Shown: one piece after another, positions 23,643 to 38,160 of the stretch | Layout: each line of letters opens with the position of its first letter | Position numbering within the stretch: the stretch's first letter is position 1 | Assembly: GCF_006345805.1 (NCBI RefSeq) | Contig: NC_043018.1 | Coordinates: 22,816,001-22,880,000, forward strand | Direction of reading: 5' to 3' | Length of the DNA stretch: 64,000 nucleotides | Origin: Octopus sinensis | Taxonomy: Eukaryota | Translations under genes and position numbers: made by a program | Notes under the pieces: model-generated | Seen by the model: only the letters and a program-made list of their open reading frames with translations | Database searches by the model: none | Told to the model about the DNA's origin: nothing

Positions 23643-26600
23643 GTGAACTCCAAGAAGGTATCTGTGTCCTGGAATCAACTACAGCATCCGTGTTTACCAG
23701 CCAAGGCGAAGAATACAACGTCGCTTTGCCATTCCAGGTTACTAAATCCTGGGTTATTAAGAATGGGCTTCTCTTTGAACGTTCCTTGTCGTCGTCAGAA
23801 ATTGTTCCAAAAGTGTCTCGAAATGCTGCCAACCACTCCATTGTGTTCAGTATGTTGCATCCTCTTAATGACATTGCTCCTGTCATTCATGGCCCTAGCA
23901 ATGCCAACACCACACAGAACAAGGTTAGCTATTTCACTGACACGTCTCAGAGTATTGTGTTCAGCTGTGTCGAGCCCTCTATACTTCTTGTGTACGACAA
24001 CACAGCTGGACTACACTGTGTGTGGAAGGTCCGTCGTGTGAAGCCTGAGGAGAGTAATTTTCTCTTTGAAACCTGTGATATGCCCAGTTTATGCCACCTA
24101 AATAATTCCCTACTGAATACATCTTCTCATAACCAGTCAAAAGTCAGCAACATTTCACCTGGCATATCTCTGTTGCAGAATTTCTCCAACAGGACATTCT
24201 CACCTTCTCCTTCATGTTCCATAAGTCCTGTTGTCAGTAACCACTTGACATCTTCTGGAAATTCAGGCAGCTGCACTCAGTCTCCATTGGCTTTTGCGTC
24301 TTCAAGTCAATCTCGACCGTTCTACAGCCTAAATGCTCAGTCGAGGTCTTCCATGACATACATGCGTTCTCCTCCAGGCAGCCAAAACTTCTCAGTGATG
24401 TCCGAAAGCATGAATTATCGAATTGAACCGGTTAATCCTGATATATGTCTTGACCATATCTGGACTGAGTCGGCTACATCAAATCGTGAAGAGTTTGTTG
24501 GGAAAGCGAGCAAAGCATTCATTGCTAAGGATCTTTGTGAGCAGAACTATTTGTGTTACTTGATTCCACAAAGGCAACATCTACGTTGTGTGAAATTTGA
24601 GAAAAGCAATGATAATTCTCAGCTGATATTCGGTGCAGTTTGTACAATAGCTGCCAAAGATGCCCTCCCAGTTGAATTGCTTAACTTAACTGTAGTGCTA
24701 GATTTATCTGGCAGCCTTATCATATACAGTGGAACAACCAAAATCAACAAGTTGTTTGTGCCCAAATTGCCTATAGGAATTGCATCGCTGAATGCTTCGG
24801 CATCGCTGACTCCTCACAACTCTGTCCGAGTCACTAGCATGATCACATCAAGTCGGCCATCAAGCACAAGCAATGTATCTTTCGAAGATCAATTGTCTCA
24901 CATTTCTCCAGTAATTGGATCACCAAATGTGCATGATAACCATGTACTTGAGAGTTCTACCAGAGACTCGGAGATTTGCTGCCACGACAACACAGTCCAT
25001 TGCATTCGAGATAACACCCTCTCACGGTTCACCATAGAAACCACCGATGGCTCTTTGCTGCGAACGTCGCTGCCACCACTTACCGAGTCGACAGGAATCG
25101 AAAGTAGTCTCGAAGCCCTGCGTTACATCTTACCCAAAGACTGTGCCATGAAGATGTTGTCTCGCTGGTATACGACACGTAATGTCACCAGTGGATTTGA
25201 CAATCAGTCGGAGTGGGTGGTCTTCTCTCGTTTTCTCCTGGGACAGATGGGTTTTGATACTAGCCGTCTGCCATTGACACATGAAAATGAATTCAACAAC
25301 ACAACATCTCCTGTGGTGGAAGTGAAACGAGCTAAACCATCCAACCAGGGCTGCAACGACGATTGGGAATATCTACTCAAATCCGAACACCATCATTTCA
25401 CATCTAAGTACTTTGATTCTGCCCTTGGCTTCTCACTCGTAGCCATACCCAACATATATTATCCAAAACCTTGCACTGTAAACCCATCAGCTCCTCTCTT
25501 CTCTTATATACCAAGCATTCTCTTCTCATTACACTTGGTTTATGAAGAACTCAAACTAAACACTTGTCTCTCTGGACAGCTCGAATATTTAGCTCTGATG
25601 CTTTTTTTTCTGGCTAACAATCTGAAATGTTTCTACTACACTGACATCTACTGTCGAGATTTCCCTCATCTCTATAATATGGTCGATGAAAACCACCAGA
25701 TACATCCTGAACAGTGGGCAAAGCTGCAGTTCTCATCTATATTTACTGAAGTGCCCCCTAACATATGCATGTGGATTTCTAAACTGTTATCTGGACTGGA
25801 ATGCCAGCCAGTTCCGTTCCTGCCCAATATTTGTAAACGAATAGAAAATATCGTCATACTCTACACCACCCTTGTCAATCAGAATTGTGAGGTTACCCAT
25901 TTCCTGAGAGAAATCCCTGTTTCTGGTTACCGAACTCTTTCCTCTCGAGCAAAAGGTTCTTTGAGTGAAACTGAGAAAAACTCGCTGTCAATAGCGGAGA
26001 GTATAGTGCTACTCATGACTCGGCTGGGCATCACAAAACGGGATCTGGAATCGTATCCCATAGGTGTTGTGCTGCCATTACGAGAAGCGATACTACAGTG
26101 TCGGTGGGATCCACCATCGGATTGGCCTGAGGAAGCTTACATTTTGATTGGTCGTAAAGATTTGTCCCGAATCAGCGCTTACTGTAAATGTCAGTCGGGT
26201 TCTTCCCTGAATGAAGGGCGCTACGTGAAAGAATGTCCTTCTCTTGGGAAAACAAACAAAGAAGACGATGATGGAATGGGTCACCTCGATGAAGAACTCT
26301 TGAAATTACGGTTCAGTGAAGACCTTCGAGTGCAAGAGGTTCGCCACATGTTACAGTCATCTCGTCCTGTTCGTATTTCACTTCAACAGAAACCGGAAGT
26401 GAGTGACCATGAATTCATTGAAGAACAAGAACGCTACCTGTACGCAATCTGTACAAGAACAATGGCCTTACCTGTTGGTCGAGGAATGTTTACTCTGTCT
26501 AGCTTCCATCCGTTACCTACAGAAGCCCTTCCTATTCCGAAACTATGCCTGACCGGGAAAGCTCCACCTCGCAACACCACAGTTGACCTCTCCCATATTG

Positions 26601-29074
26601 AAACCCCTTCCAATATGGCCACATGGCCACACTTTCACAATGGGGTCGCCGCTGGATTAAGGATTGCCAACTCTTCCCAGATAAATTCCACTTGGATCAA
26701 TTATAATAGACCTAAGACTTGTGATTTCACTACAGAATATGCTGGCTTCTTGATGGCACTTGGACTAAATGGCCATTTAGCTCATCTTGCTACCCTTAAC
26801 ATTCACGAGTATTTGAGCAAAGGTCAAGATATGACTACTATTGGGGTCCTGTTAGGGCTGGCTGCCACAAAACGGGGAACAATGGATCAGGGTATAACAA
26901 AGGTACTCAGCATCCATGTACCGGCCCTTTTACCACCGACATCGACCGAACTGAATATTTCTCACAATGTCCAAGTCGCAGCTGTTTTAGGAGTTGGTCT
27001 TGTCTATCAAGGCACAAGTCATCGTCACATTGCTGAAGTACTGCTGTCCGAGATTGGACGTCCACCTGGTCCTGAAATGGAGAACTGCACCAACCGCGAG
27101 TCATACGCCACAGCTGCCGGTCTTGCCCTTGGTCTGGTCATGTTTGGTAAAGGAAGTGAAGCTGCTGGCTTGTCCGATTTAGGAATGGCAGACACTCTCT
27201 GTCACTTCATGATTGGTGGTCATAAACGGCCGGTGACGGGGCCAAATCGGGAACGTTATAGGTCGCCAAGTTACCAAATCAAGGAAGGTGACAGCGTGAA
27301 TGTTGATGTCACTTCTTCTGGTGCAACACTGGCCCTCGGTATGCTTTACTTCAACACAAATAACACAGCAGTTGCCGACTGGCTGAAGGCACCAGATACT
27401 CAGTTCACCCTGGATCACGTCCGACCAGATTTCTTAATGCTGCGTACTTTATGTCATGGATTAGTGTTGTGGGATCACGTACTTCCAACGACGACATGGA
27501 TCGACAGCAATTTACCAATAATTGTACAGAAATATGGTTTCAAACGAGAATCCCACAGCAGAGATGAAGACAACATCGATTATGAAACAATGAGTCAAGC
27601 TTATTGCAATATCGTCGGTGGTGCTTGTATGGCAATGGGTTTGAAATTTGCAGGAACCGCTAATGCAGTCGCTTACCAAACTCTACTAGATTGCATGAAG
27701 CGCTGCATGTATCTTTTACCAGTTCCTCCATTCTGTGAACAAGCCGGTAAAAGCACTGTTGAAAACTGTACCGTTGTAGTGCTTCTTTCCCTTGCAATGG
27801 TAATGGCAGGAACTGGAGATCTCGATGTGCTCCGAATAGCCCGGGCTTTGCGAAAACGTGTCGGTCCACAACATTCTTATGCCACTTATGGGTCTCACAT
27901 GGCTGTGAGTATGGCTATTGGCCTTCTCTTTCTGGGTGGTGGTAGATATTCCCTCAGTACAAAGCCAGAAGCTATTGCAGCCATGCTGTGTGCCTTCTTC
28001 CCAAAATTCCCCACCCACAGCATTGACAACCGCTACCATCTACAAGCGTTCCGCCATCTGTATGTCTTGGCTGCTGAACCCCGAGTCTTGATACCAGAGA
28101 ATGTTATTTCACGCCAGCCTTGCTATGTTCCAGTGGAAATTCGGTTTAACGACACCAAATTTTACAAAAACGTCTGTTACACTACAATGGCACCGTGTCT
28201 CATTCCAGAGCTAAACTTGTTGAAGGAGGTAAAAATCTTGGGACCTCGTTACTGGCCAATCAGATTCGATGTAGACAAAAACTGGAAAACTTTAGAGTTG
28301 CTTCTTAAAAATAGTGGTGTTGTATATGTGAAACAGAAAGCTGGACATTTGTCTTACAGCGAAGATCCTAAAGGTTACCATGGTCATTTAGCCAAGTCTT
28401 TGACAAATAATGAGTCCAGTTTTGAATCAACAAAACTTCATCCAAAATCTATAAAGTCCTTCACATCAGATGCTCGAATATTGGCCTTCTCTGAGTTTTT
28501 CCTATTTAAAAATGAAAAAGAATGTGACAGGCTGGCCCCTGTTGTCTACAGTTGTGCCTTTAAAGAAAAACCAGAAGGGATCCCGACTCAGATGAACTTA
28601 GCCTATGAAGTCTGGCAGTCACAGATTAACAAAGCTCCTTTGGGACTTTGGCAACTGAAGATTGTCTTGAACTATTACGGCAGCAAATACCAGTTCAAAG
28701 CAAGTGAAGAAACAGAGAAAGTGCCACTCGTGGAACTGGATTATGTATTATCTCTGAAGAATGAACTGGAAAAGTTCCTTGCTGATTGGGAATCTAACAA
28801 CATGGAAATTCTGTTGAAATATTTCCAAGGAGAATCGTTGAAAGACGAGCAATGTGGACACTTGTCTGCTTTCATTGTTTGGTACGACATTCCGCATCCT
28901 CATGATTTAGCAAGTATCAGTGTGAAAGGAAAGCCCACTCTTCCAGTGTTGTGTAGCCAGCTTCCTCATTTACCAATGTCATCCATTATGAAATTGCTGA
29001 ATGCATGGTGCATCAAACAGACCTACTCCGAGAAGGGCCACCTTCCTGAGTTTTCCCTTTCTGCCGATTCCTGA
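23643..29074 (+). CDS. ANAPC1: ANAPC1 coding exon 3 (5432 nt, to stop)
   Basis: Acceptor tttcag|, phase 1, in frame with the 1794-aa ORF; APC1 motifs LPFQV...GLLFER, LRFSEDLRVQEV, RTMALPVGRGMFTL, WPHFHNGVAAGL, PC repeats, DNRYHLQAFRHLYVLA. Spliced CDS 84+313+5432=5829 nt, 1942 aa. Confidence 0.97.
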
Positions 29075-29789
29075 TTTTGAACTGCTTGCTTCTGAGTGTG
29101 TCTGTACTTCGTGTCCTGTCTTCATTCTTGTGTATCTACATACATGTATAAATTATGCCTATAAACATATGCATAAATATATAAGTATGTATTATATTAA
29201 TATATATATATATATTTATATATATATATATATATATATAGTGTCTAAAGTATGTATTTATGTATAAAGAGACTATAAGTTATGTATAAAAAATAAAATC
29301 TTTATGAATAAAAAAAGAGATGTTGCATAATCACAACAGCCTTGTTTTATTATAAATACAAATTTAAGATGGCTTCCGTGTCGGTGGCACGTAAAAAGCA
29401 CCATCCGAATCGTGGCCGAAGCCAGTGCCGCCTCGACTGGCTTCTGTGCAGGTGGCATGTAAAATGCACCAATCCGACCGTGGCCGATGCCAGCCTCACC
29501 TAGCACCAGTGCAGGTGGCACGTAAAAAGGACTCACTACACTCACGGAGTGGTTGGCGTTAGGAAGGGCATCCAACTGTAGAAACATTGCCAGATAAGAC
29601 CGGAGCCTGGTGCAGCCTTCTGGCTTCCCAGATCCCCGGTCGAATCGTCCAACCCATGCTAGCATGGAGAACGGACGTTAAACGAAATAATAATAAAAAA
29701 ATAAAAAATTGATTTTGCTCCATCAATATTTGTGGTGTTCTTTCAGATTCAACATTTCAAACCTGAGTGCCAATCTTAAATTTGTTTAA

Positions 29790-30009
29790 CCCTTTAGCAT
29801 TCAGATTCTTCTATCAAATGTAAAGCTTATGTATTCACACCATATAAAATTAATCTTGCATCATTTCATGGCTTTGAGATTTCAATGATGTGATTGTTTA
29901 TTTTTAGAATGACACAATAAGGTAGCTATGAATGACCATATCTGACTAGTTTGGACATAAAACAGGTAGAATATTTTGGCCGGATATGGCTGGTTTAAAC
30001 ACTAAAGGG
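29790..30009. mobile_element. piggyBac-type MITE
   Basis: TTAA|CCCTTTAGCATT...AACACTAAAGGG|TTAA; related partial copies near 2123, 23460, 49190, 49555. Confidence 0.8.
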
Positions 30010-32774
30010 TTAAAAAGAAAGAATTCGAGCCAGGTTGTTGCCAGTACCGCCTGACTGGCTCGTAAAAGCACCCACTACACTCTCGGAGTGGTTGGCGTTA
30101 GGAAGGGCATCCAGCTGTAGAAACTCTGCCAGATCAAGACTGGAGCTTGGTGCAGCCATCTGATTCGCCAGCCCACAGTCAAACCGTCCAACCCATGCTA
30201 GCATGGAAAGCAGATGACCGAACGAAGGTGTATGTGTGGTTGGGTAGTAGAAGATCGCTTCAAGTCCACCCATAGTTTTGGGGTTTACTCTCTTTTGCAA
30301 GACACGTTTGTCTTCTATAGCCCTGGGACATCTAATGCAGTGATTCCCAACAGTGAGGCATGGGGTCTGGGAAAATTGTGGCAGAATGTGAGTTCGAAAT
30401 TTTTCTTTTTTTTTCACAACAAACACATTACACCTCCATTCAGTCCAGCCAATCCCTCCAAGCAAAAATACTCTGTGAAGACTGTTTGCTACAGTATAGC
30501 ACAGTTCTAATGCCATAGTGTGGATGTTTCCCTGGTGCAGTATACATTTTTCTGGGAAGCTATAGTGGGGCCAGGAGGGAAAACAGGTTAGGATGCACTG
30601 ACCCAATGCCAAAAATCTCTCCATCCAGAATTGATATTAGCAAGGTTATCTCCCTTGAATTAATTTACATCCGACGCGAGAGCGATTTTATTAGTTTCTG
30701 TTAAAGTATCTTTAATCTTTTACTTGCTTCTGTAATTGGACTGCGGCCACGCTGGAGCATCGTTTTGAAGGGATTTCGCCAAAAAGATTAACCCCCAGTG
30801 CTTGTTTTTAAGTTTGGTGTTTATTTTACTGGTGTCTTTCGCTTAACCACTAAGTTGGCTGGGACAAACATACATGTATATACTGTATCATCATCAGCCT
30901 TTAACGTCCGTTTCCCATGCTGGCATGGGTTGGACGGTTTGACCAGAGCTGGCAAGTCAGAGAGTTGCACCAAGTTCCGGTTTGATTTGACTTCGTTTCT
31001 ATGGCTGGATGTCCTTTGTAACACTAACCATTCTGTGTGAAAGGTTAGAGAAAGAAACCCTGCTGTTTCTTGCAAAACATATCAATATGAGATACATCTA
31101 AAGCAAAATGTTTTATGGACCCTTAAAATACTATCGTTGATCCCAAATTTACTTTGCTTGTGTGGATCCCCAGAAATCTTACGTGAACCTTTTGTCCTTT
31201 CTGGATCAGTGACATAAGTACCAGTTGTGTACTTGGGTTGATGTAATTGATTTACTCCATCCTTTAAAAATTGCTGGCTTTGTGCCTATAGTAGAAAGAA
31301 TTATTTTTAATATTGGTTTCAAATTTTAGCACAAGGCCAGCAAGTTCAGGGGAAGAATATGACACTGGCACAAGTGCTTTCACTTGGCATCGGCACCAGT
31401 ACTTTTTTTCATGTACACACTGGGACACTACTCTCACAGGTCAATCCTCTTTACTTGGGGGAGCGGCCTTAACACTTTCTGCTGTGGAGAACGGGTCTTT
31501 TTGTGTACAGCAAGCTGCCAGGTATCTCGATCCTTTGTCATCTTGTCCAAAAGGTTCTGTGTCCTTGTGCAACATAAAACCCAAAACGAAAGTTACTTCT
31601 TTTGGTTACACTTGAAAATGATCAAGCAGCTTGGATCAGGATCTCTTCCTGTCTAATTAGGTGTCTCTAATTAATGTTAAAAATAATAGCAGGGCCGCAA
31701 GCCAGCAGAACCTATTTCTTTATTGCCCACAAGGAGCTAAACATAGAGCGGACAAACAGATTAAGTCGATTACATCGACCCCAGTGCGTAACTGGTACTT
31801 AATTTATCGAACCCGAAAGGATGAAAGGTAAAGTCGACTTCAGCGGAATTTGAACTCAGAACGCAGCGGCAGACGAAATACCACAAAGCATTTCGCCCGG
31901 CGTGCTAACGATTCTGCCAGCTCGCAAGCCTGCACAACCATTAGCACGCTCAGAGGCATGTCGTCTGTCTTTACGTTCTGAGTTCAAATTCTACCAAGGC
32001 CAACTTTACCTTTTATTCTTCTGGGGTTGATAAAATGAGTACCAGTTATGCACTGGGTCAATGTAATCGACTTAACCTCATCCCTCGAACTTGCTGGCCT
32101 TGTGCTAAAATTTGAAACAAATATTAAAAATAATTATTTCTACTATAGGCACAAAGCCAGCAATTTTTAAAGGATGGAGTAAATCGATTATATCAACCCC
32201 AGTACACAACTGGTACTTATGTCACTGATCCAGAAAGGACAAAAGGAAAAGTTTACTTCAGTGGAATTTGAACTCGGAATGTTAAACCCAAAGAAATGCA
32301 GTTAAGTATTTTCTCTGCCTTGCTCAATCCCTGTAACTGGGGTGCTTGCTTTTCCACCCTGTCAGTTCTTCTCTTTCTCTCTCTCTGCCTGAGGCAGCCA
32401 TGTCTCTCCTCTACAGCAAGGCACCATTTTCTGTCCCTCAACACTGCTTTCTCCTCAGGTGAGAGGTATTGTCTTGCAAGCTACTTGATAAACCTCACTG
32501 TTGCCAGTGTCGCATAAAAGGCACCCCAGTACACTCTTGTAAAGTGGTTGGTGTTACGAAGGGCATCCAACTGTAGAAACTCTGCCAATGCAGACTGCAT
32601 AGATTGGGGCAGTCTTCTGCCAGTTCAATGGAAAATGGAGGTCACTGCTGGTCTCTTTCTTGTCTGGCTGTCACCCCTCACAGGTGGTTGCTGAACGGTG
32701 GCAGTGACCTGGTTGGCTTGGCCTATGCAAACCTGGTGACGGCATACTATCATGTCTAGGCCTACCTGTTAGCA

Positions 32775-33083
32775 AATAAGACTCCCTTCAGTCATGTTCC
32801 CCTCCAAGACACAAGGCCGGGCAAGGTTGTTTATGGAAGACCAGCAGTCGCCCATGCATACCAGCCTCCCCTCTCCACGCCACCAGTGTTATCCAAGGGA
32901 AAGGCAAAAGCTGATACAGCTTGGCACCTGTGACGTCGCAACTCATTTCCACAGATGAGTGAACTGGAGCAACATGAAATAAAGTGTCTTGCTGAAGAAC
33001 ACAACACGCAGCCCAGTCCGGGAATTGAACTTACTACTTCATAATTGTGAGCCCAGTGCTCTAACCACTGAGCCATGCACCTT
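32775..33083 (-). mobile_element. tRNA-derived SINE (family D)
   Basis: Minus strand TGGCTCAGTGGttagagcac...AGTTCAATTCCC head followed by gcaagacactttatttca..ttgctccagttcactca body. Confidence 0.75.
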
Positions 33084-33399
33084 CACAATTGTCAAATACT
33101 TCTTAAAGGGATTGGTGGCAGCAAGCTAAATGAGGTGGAGCCATAACTGTCTGTGATAACTTTAGATGACAGGAGCCACTTGCATGCTACATTGGAGATA
33201 ACATCTACCCCAGCCCAAGCGTTTCAAGAAACCACTGAACAACCTCCCATGATAGGGATCAGAGCTTACCAGCGCTACCCTTTCTGCATACCACCCATAG
33301 CTACTACCGATTGAAGGTCCTTGGATCTGGCTGACAAACCCACTTATGTGTGACACATTTCCTGGTGGCCCGGAGATGACCAAACATGATTGCTTTGAG

Positions 33400-33808
33400 C
33401 AGTGGTTCTCACCCGGGGTCCATATGGCCCCTGAGGGTTCGCGTAAGATTTTTGGGGATCGACCCAAGCAAAGTAAATTTGGGATCAACCCTTAAAATAC
33501 TATCATCATCATCATCAAGCGGACGTTAAACGATGATGATGATGATGATGATAGTATTTTAAGGGTCCATAAAAAATTTTGCTTTAGATGTATCTCGTAT
33601 TGATATGTATTGCAAGAAACAGCAGGGTTTCTTTCTTCAACATTTTACATAATTCAACCTACAAAAGTTAATGTGTAAGAAACAAAATAGGGATTCTGAA
33701 AGGAGTTTCTATAAAACTAGTTTTTAAACATCGAGTGTCTATGGGGGTCGACCAGAATGAAATAGTAATTAAAGGGGTCCATAGATAAAAAATGGTTGAG
33801 AAACCCTC
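33400..33808. mobile_element. hAT-like MITE
   Basis: CAGTGGTTCTCA ... TTGAGAAACCCT termini; 8-bp TSD gctttgag / gcttagag. Confidence 0.75.
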
Positions 33809-36104
33809 GCTTAGAGGAAGTAAAAGTCATAACAACGGTGTTGGTGATGGATACTCACTCCTTGATAATTCTTTCACATTTTGGCACAAGGCCAGCAATT
33901 CTGAGGGAAGTGGAAATGCCCCTAAGTAGGTTGGCTTGTGTGCTGACAATTCTGCCAGTTCACCATCTTACTACTACATAATAATAATAATCCTTTCTAC
34001 TAAAGGCACAAGGCCTGAAATTTGGGGGGAGGAGACCAGTCAATTACATCGACTTCAGTTTTTCACTGGTACTTAATTTATTGACCCCGAAAGAATGAAA
34101 GGCAAAGTTGACCTCAGCAGATTTTGAATTTGGGATGTAAGGACAGATGAAATACCTCTATGGGTTTTGTCTGACATGCTAACAACTCTGCCAGCTCACC
34201 ACCTTCATCATAATCATAATAATGACCCCTTTTTTTATTGGCACAAGACCTGAAAATTCTAGGGGAGGAGACTAGTCAATTACATCAACCATAGTGCACG
34301 ACTGGTACTTATTTTATCGACCCCTGAAAGGGTGAAAGGCAAAATCACCCTCAGTGGAATTTGAACTCAAAACACCAAGCCAGAGGAAATGCTGCTAAGC
34401 ATTTTAACCAGTACACTAATGAGTCTACTAATAATAATAATAATAACAAGAGCACTCAGAAAGTGCAAACCTCTGCCAAGGCAACATCAACATCCTCTCA
34501 ATGATTAGCCGAAGATGATTTTTAAAATGAGAATATCTGAAATATACTTGATTGCTCTTACAAAAGAGAATACTAAAAATGAACCTGACCACTCTCAAAA
34601 ATTAAGTTAAAAAAAAAATACAGTAAAAATAATCCAGCATCCTTGTCCGGTACCAGATCAATCCCAAAATCTAAACAGTTCATGTCAGTCATGAGGCCAA
34701 ACATCCCTGAAAGTCTCATCCAAATCCATCCAGCAGTTCTTGAGATGTCTTGTCCACAGACAAACCAACAAACACGACTGAAAACAATACCTCCACCTTT
34801 GCTAAGGCTGAGGTTAATAACACAGGCACACGACGAAGTTCTGAAATTTAGGTGAGGAGTCTAGATAATAATAAAACAAACAGAAAAAAAACGAAACCTT
34901 GAGACTTGAAAAATATTCAATTCATTTGTGTTATTTTAATTTACATCGTTAACATAACGATAATATTTAATTGATTTATTAATATATGAAATATTTCATA
35001 AGATGATTAGCTTTGCACATGTCTTTTTTTCCTTAATATTTTTTCCATTTTACAGTTGTCTTTATTAAGCATAATTTTAATATAATTATTACTAATTAGG
35101 TCAGATGAGTGCAGTGTTAAGTTCTAAGTGCACCAAATCTGCAATCAGGTTTTTGGATTTCATTGGAACTGCATTTTTCAACTTTTGTTCCCTTTGATCG
35201 CTACCTGGAGTTCTTGGATGTCTTGCTTAACCCTTTCGTTACTGTATTTCTGTTGAGATGCTCTGTGTTTCTTTCAATTACTTTAAATATAACAAAGAAT
35301 TTAGTAAAATAACTTGGTTATCATTCAGCTGGTGTTAGGAGCATAGATTGTGACTAAGGTTTGGGGGAAGATTTTAATTCAAAACTTATGAAAACAAGAC
35401 ATTTGTACTCAAGAGGCCGAAATTCTGGTTTGAGGAATATGTCCTCTGTTCTGTTCTGGAAGCAATGGAAAGGATCAAAGGTGCTGCTTCTTCTTCCAAT
35501 GAAACATTAAAGGCAAACACATGCATATGCAGAGAAAACAATGCACCACATACATAAACGGAGTCCTAACATACACATGCACACACATTTACACACACAC
35601 ACACAGACAACATCACATAAATATACATGAAGGTACAAACTAATCACATGCATATACATCAATATGCGCACGCACACACACACATGCACACAAACCACAC
35701 CCTACACACATACATGAATATACAAGCAACACAATATATTTTCACATACATACATAAATATACACACATTTATGTACACATACACACAAAAATGGTGATG
35801 CGAGTGGTAGTGAATGGAATGATGGAAGTGGTGGTGGGCATGGTGGTAGTGAAGCGATGGAATTGACATTTTGAAAGTACACACACACACATACATACAC
35901 AGGCCACATTACACTAACCACACCATACACACAATATTTGAATAATAAAAAATGATATAAACGAGTTGGTCATGGCTGGAATTCACTTAATGATTGGTCT
36001 GTGCAATCAGGATCAACCTATGGCTAAACAACAGCACTTCCATGTCCATCACCTTTAATTACCCTTAGCAAGGAATTCAATCTGTTGAATGTTCACTGAT
36101 CAGG

Positions 36105-36646
36105 TTGCAGCTGGTTGGTTTTATGTCACCCTTAAGAAAGCCATCCTCCATACATCTCTTTCGATCTAATCGATCATATTCCAACGCAGTACCTTACTGG
36201 TAGAGAGAGAGAGCGAAGATTTTTCTGTCCCAACCTTTGAAAATCAGAAAAATTGTGAAACCGGTTAAGCCTTTAAAAATAAACCCTCTAAATGACTCCC
36301 TGTGCATTTTCAATTTCTGTTTTTCTATATTTCTACCCATGTAGGATAAAATAACTTTGTTTTCTATACTTACACACACTTATATATATATACATATATA
36401 TATATATAGCCAGCAGCTAGGTACCCCATAAACAACTATGCCTAACCCTAACACCAAGATTGCCTGCTTCTTTTAGAGAAGGGGGAGAATTCTAAAAGAA
36501 GCAGGCAATCCTGGTGTTAGGGTTAGGCATAGTTGTTTAAGGGGTACCTAGTAAGGTACTGGGGTGGAATATGATCGATTAGAGTAGGGAAAGAGATGAA
36601 TGGAGGATGGCTTTCTTAAGGGCGACATAAAACCAACCAGCTGCAA
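36105..36646. repeat. Fold-back (long inverted repeat) interrupted by a 217-bp insertion
   Basis: Inner hairpin 36417-36477 / 36491-36551; outer arms 36105-36199 / 36549-36646. Confidence 0.85.
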
Positions 36647-37655
36647 AGAGCAGGAAATATAGCAGTAGGACAAAGAGGGGTGTCTAGATGTGGAAGTATC
36701 CCAGTTTTAAGAATACCTGGAAGGAAGGACAGCTGGCAATAAAATATCATCTCAACAAAACAGTCCAACCCATGCCAGCAGATGTAAAATTCTGTTATAG
36801 CTGCTGGCTATATATATATATAATACACCAATCCGACCGTGGCCGTTGGCAGCCTCGCCTGGCACCGGTGCAGGTGGCACGTAAAAAGCACCCACTACAC
36901 TCACGGAGTGGTTGGCATTAGGAAGGGCATCCAGCTGTAGAAACATTGCCAGATAAGACTGGAGCCTGGTGCAGCCTTCTGGCTTCCCAGACCCCCAGTC
37001 GAACCGTCCAACCCATGCTAGCATGGAGAACAGACGTTAAACAATGATGATATATATATATACGATTGTTTTGTGAATGTTCCGATCATAAATCTGCTCT
37101 GAAACAATTTTAACCTTCACTAAACAGTAACAACAACAATAACAACAACAGTGATATTCACTCAGTGGTATTGATATTGTATTCAGGCGTTAACCAATGA
37201 AAGTAAACATCTGTGAACGAGTCAAAAGTAGGTGGACTGTTTGACGCTGGTTTAGAATCAACGTAGACAGAGGGACGGCATTAGCGATTGTATTTACTTC
37301 TTCAGCCGTGAAACAAGGTCATTTCTGGCATGCTTTAGTTCGTTATTTACAAAAACTGAACAAAAAATGAAGAGGGCAGAGAAATTATAATTGAACAGCT
37401 AATTAGCTCTTCTAAGATTCTTTTACTTTAAATATATCATAAAACTCTGTGTGTGTGTGTAAACACAAAAACACACACACACATATATATATCATCATCT
37501 GGTCAAGCATCCTCAGACAATACATTTATATATACACACGTATGTGTGTGTGTGTGTGTGCTTAAATATATACATATATATGTATATATATATATATACA
37601 CATATATATGCATGTGTGTATACGTACGTAAATACATAACATATGTATTTGCATA

Positions 37656-37706
<51 letters not shown>

Positions 37707-38160
37707 ATGCTAGCATGGAAAACGGACGCTAAACGATGATGATGATGATTTATATATATATATATTTATATATAAATAGATAGATACACACACACACAGA
37801 TATCTATATATATAGACAGAGAGAGAGAAGGAAGACATTGTGGCATAGCCCCACATTTTTCTGTCCCGACCTTTGAAAATCAGAAAAGTTGTGAAACCGG
37901 TTAAGCCTTTAAAAATAAACCCTCTAAATGACTCCCTGTGCATTTTCAATTTATGTTTTTCTATATTTCTACCCATGTAGGATAAAATAACTTTGTTTTC
38001 TATACTTACACACGCTTATATATATATATATATATAATTCAAAAATATAAGGAATGGCCATAATAGGACATTCGACTCACTAGAAAGAGCAGCCAAACTC
38101 AAACCGCTAATAGTTGTAATTCTGAAATTGAAAGAGAAATAAAAACATTTACCCCTTTCA

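Noticed and set aside
23574-24041. Alternative-frame and antisense ORFs overlapping ANAPC1
   Set aside because: Shadows of the real CDS; no recognisable motifs.
30010-30624. 204-aa minus-strand ORF
   Set aside because: Runs through an RTE-tail repeat and probable decayed LINE sequence; no assignable host protein.
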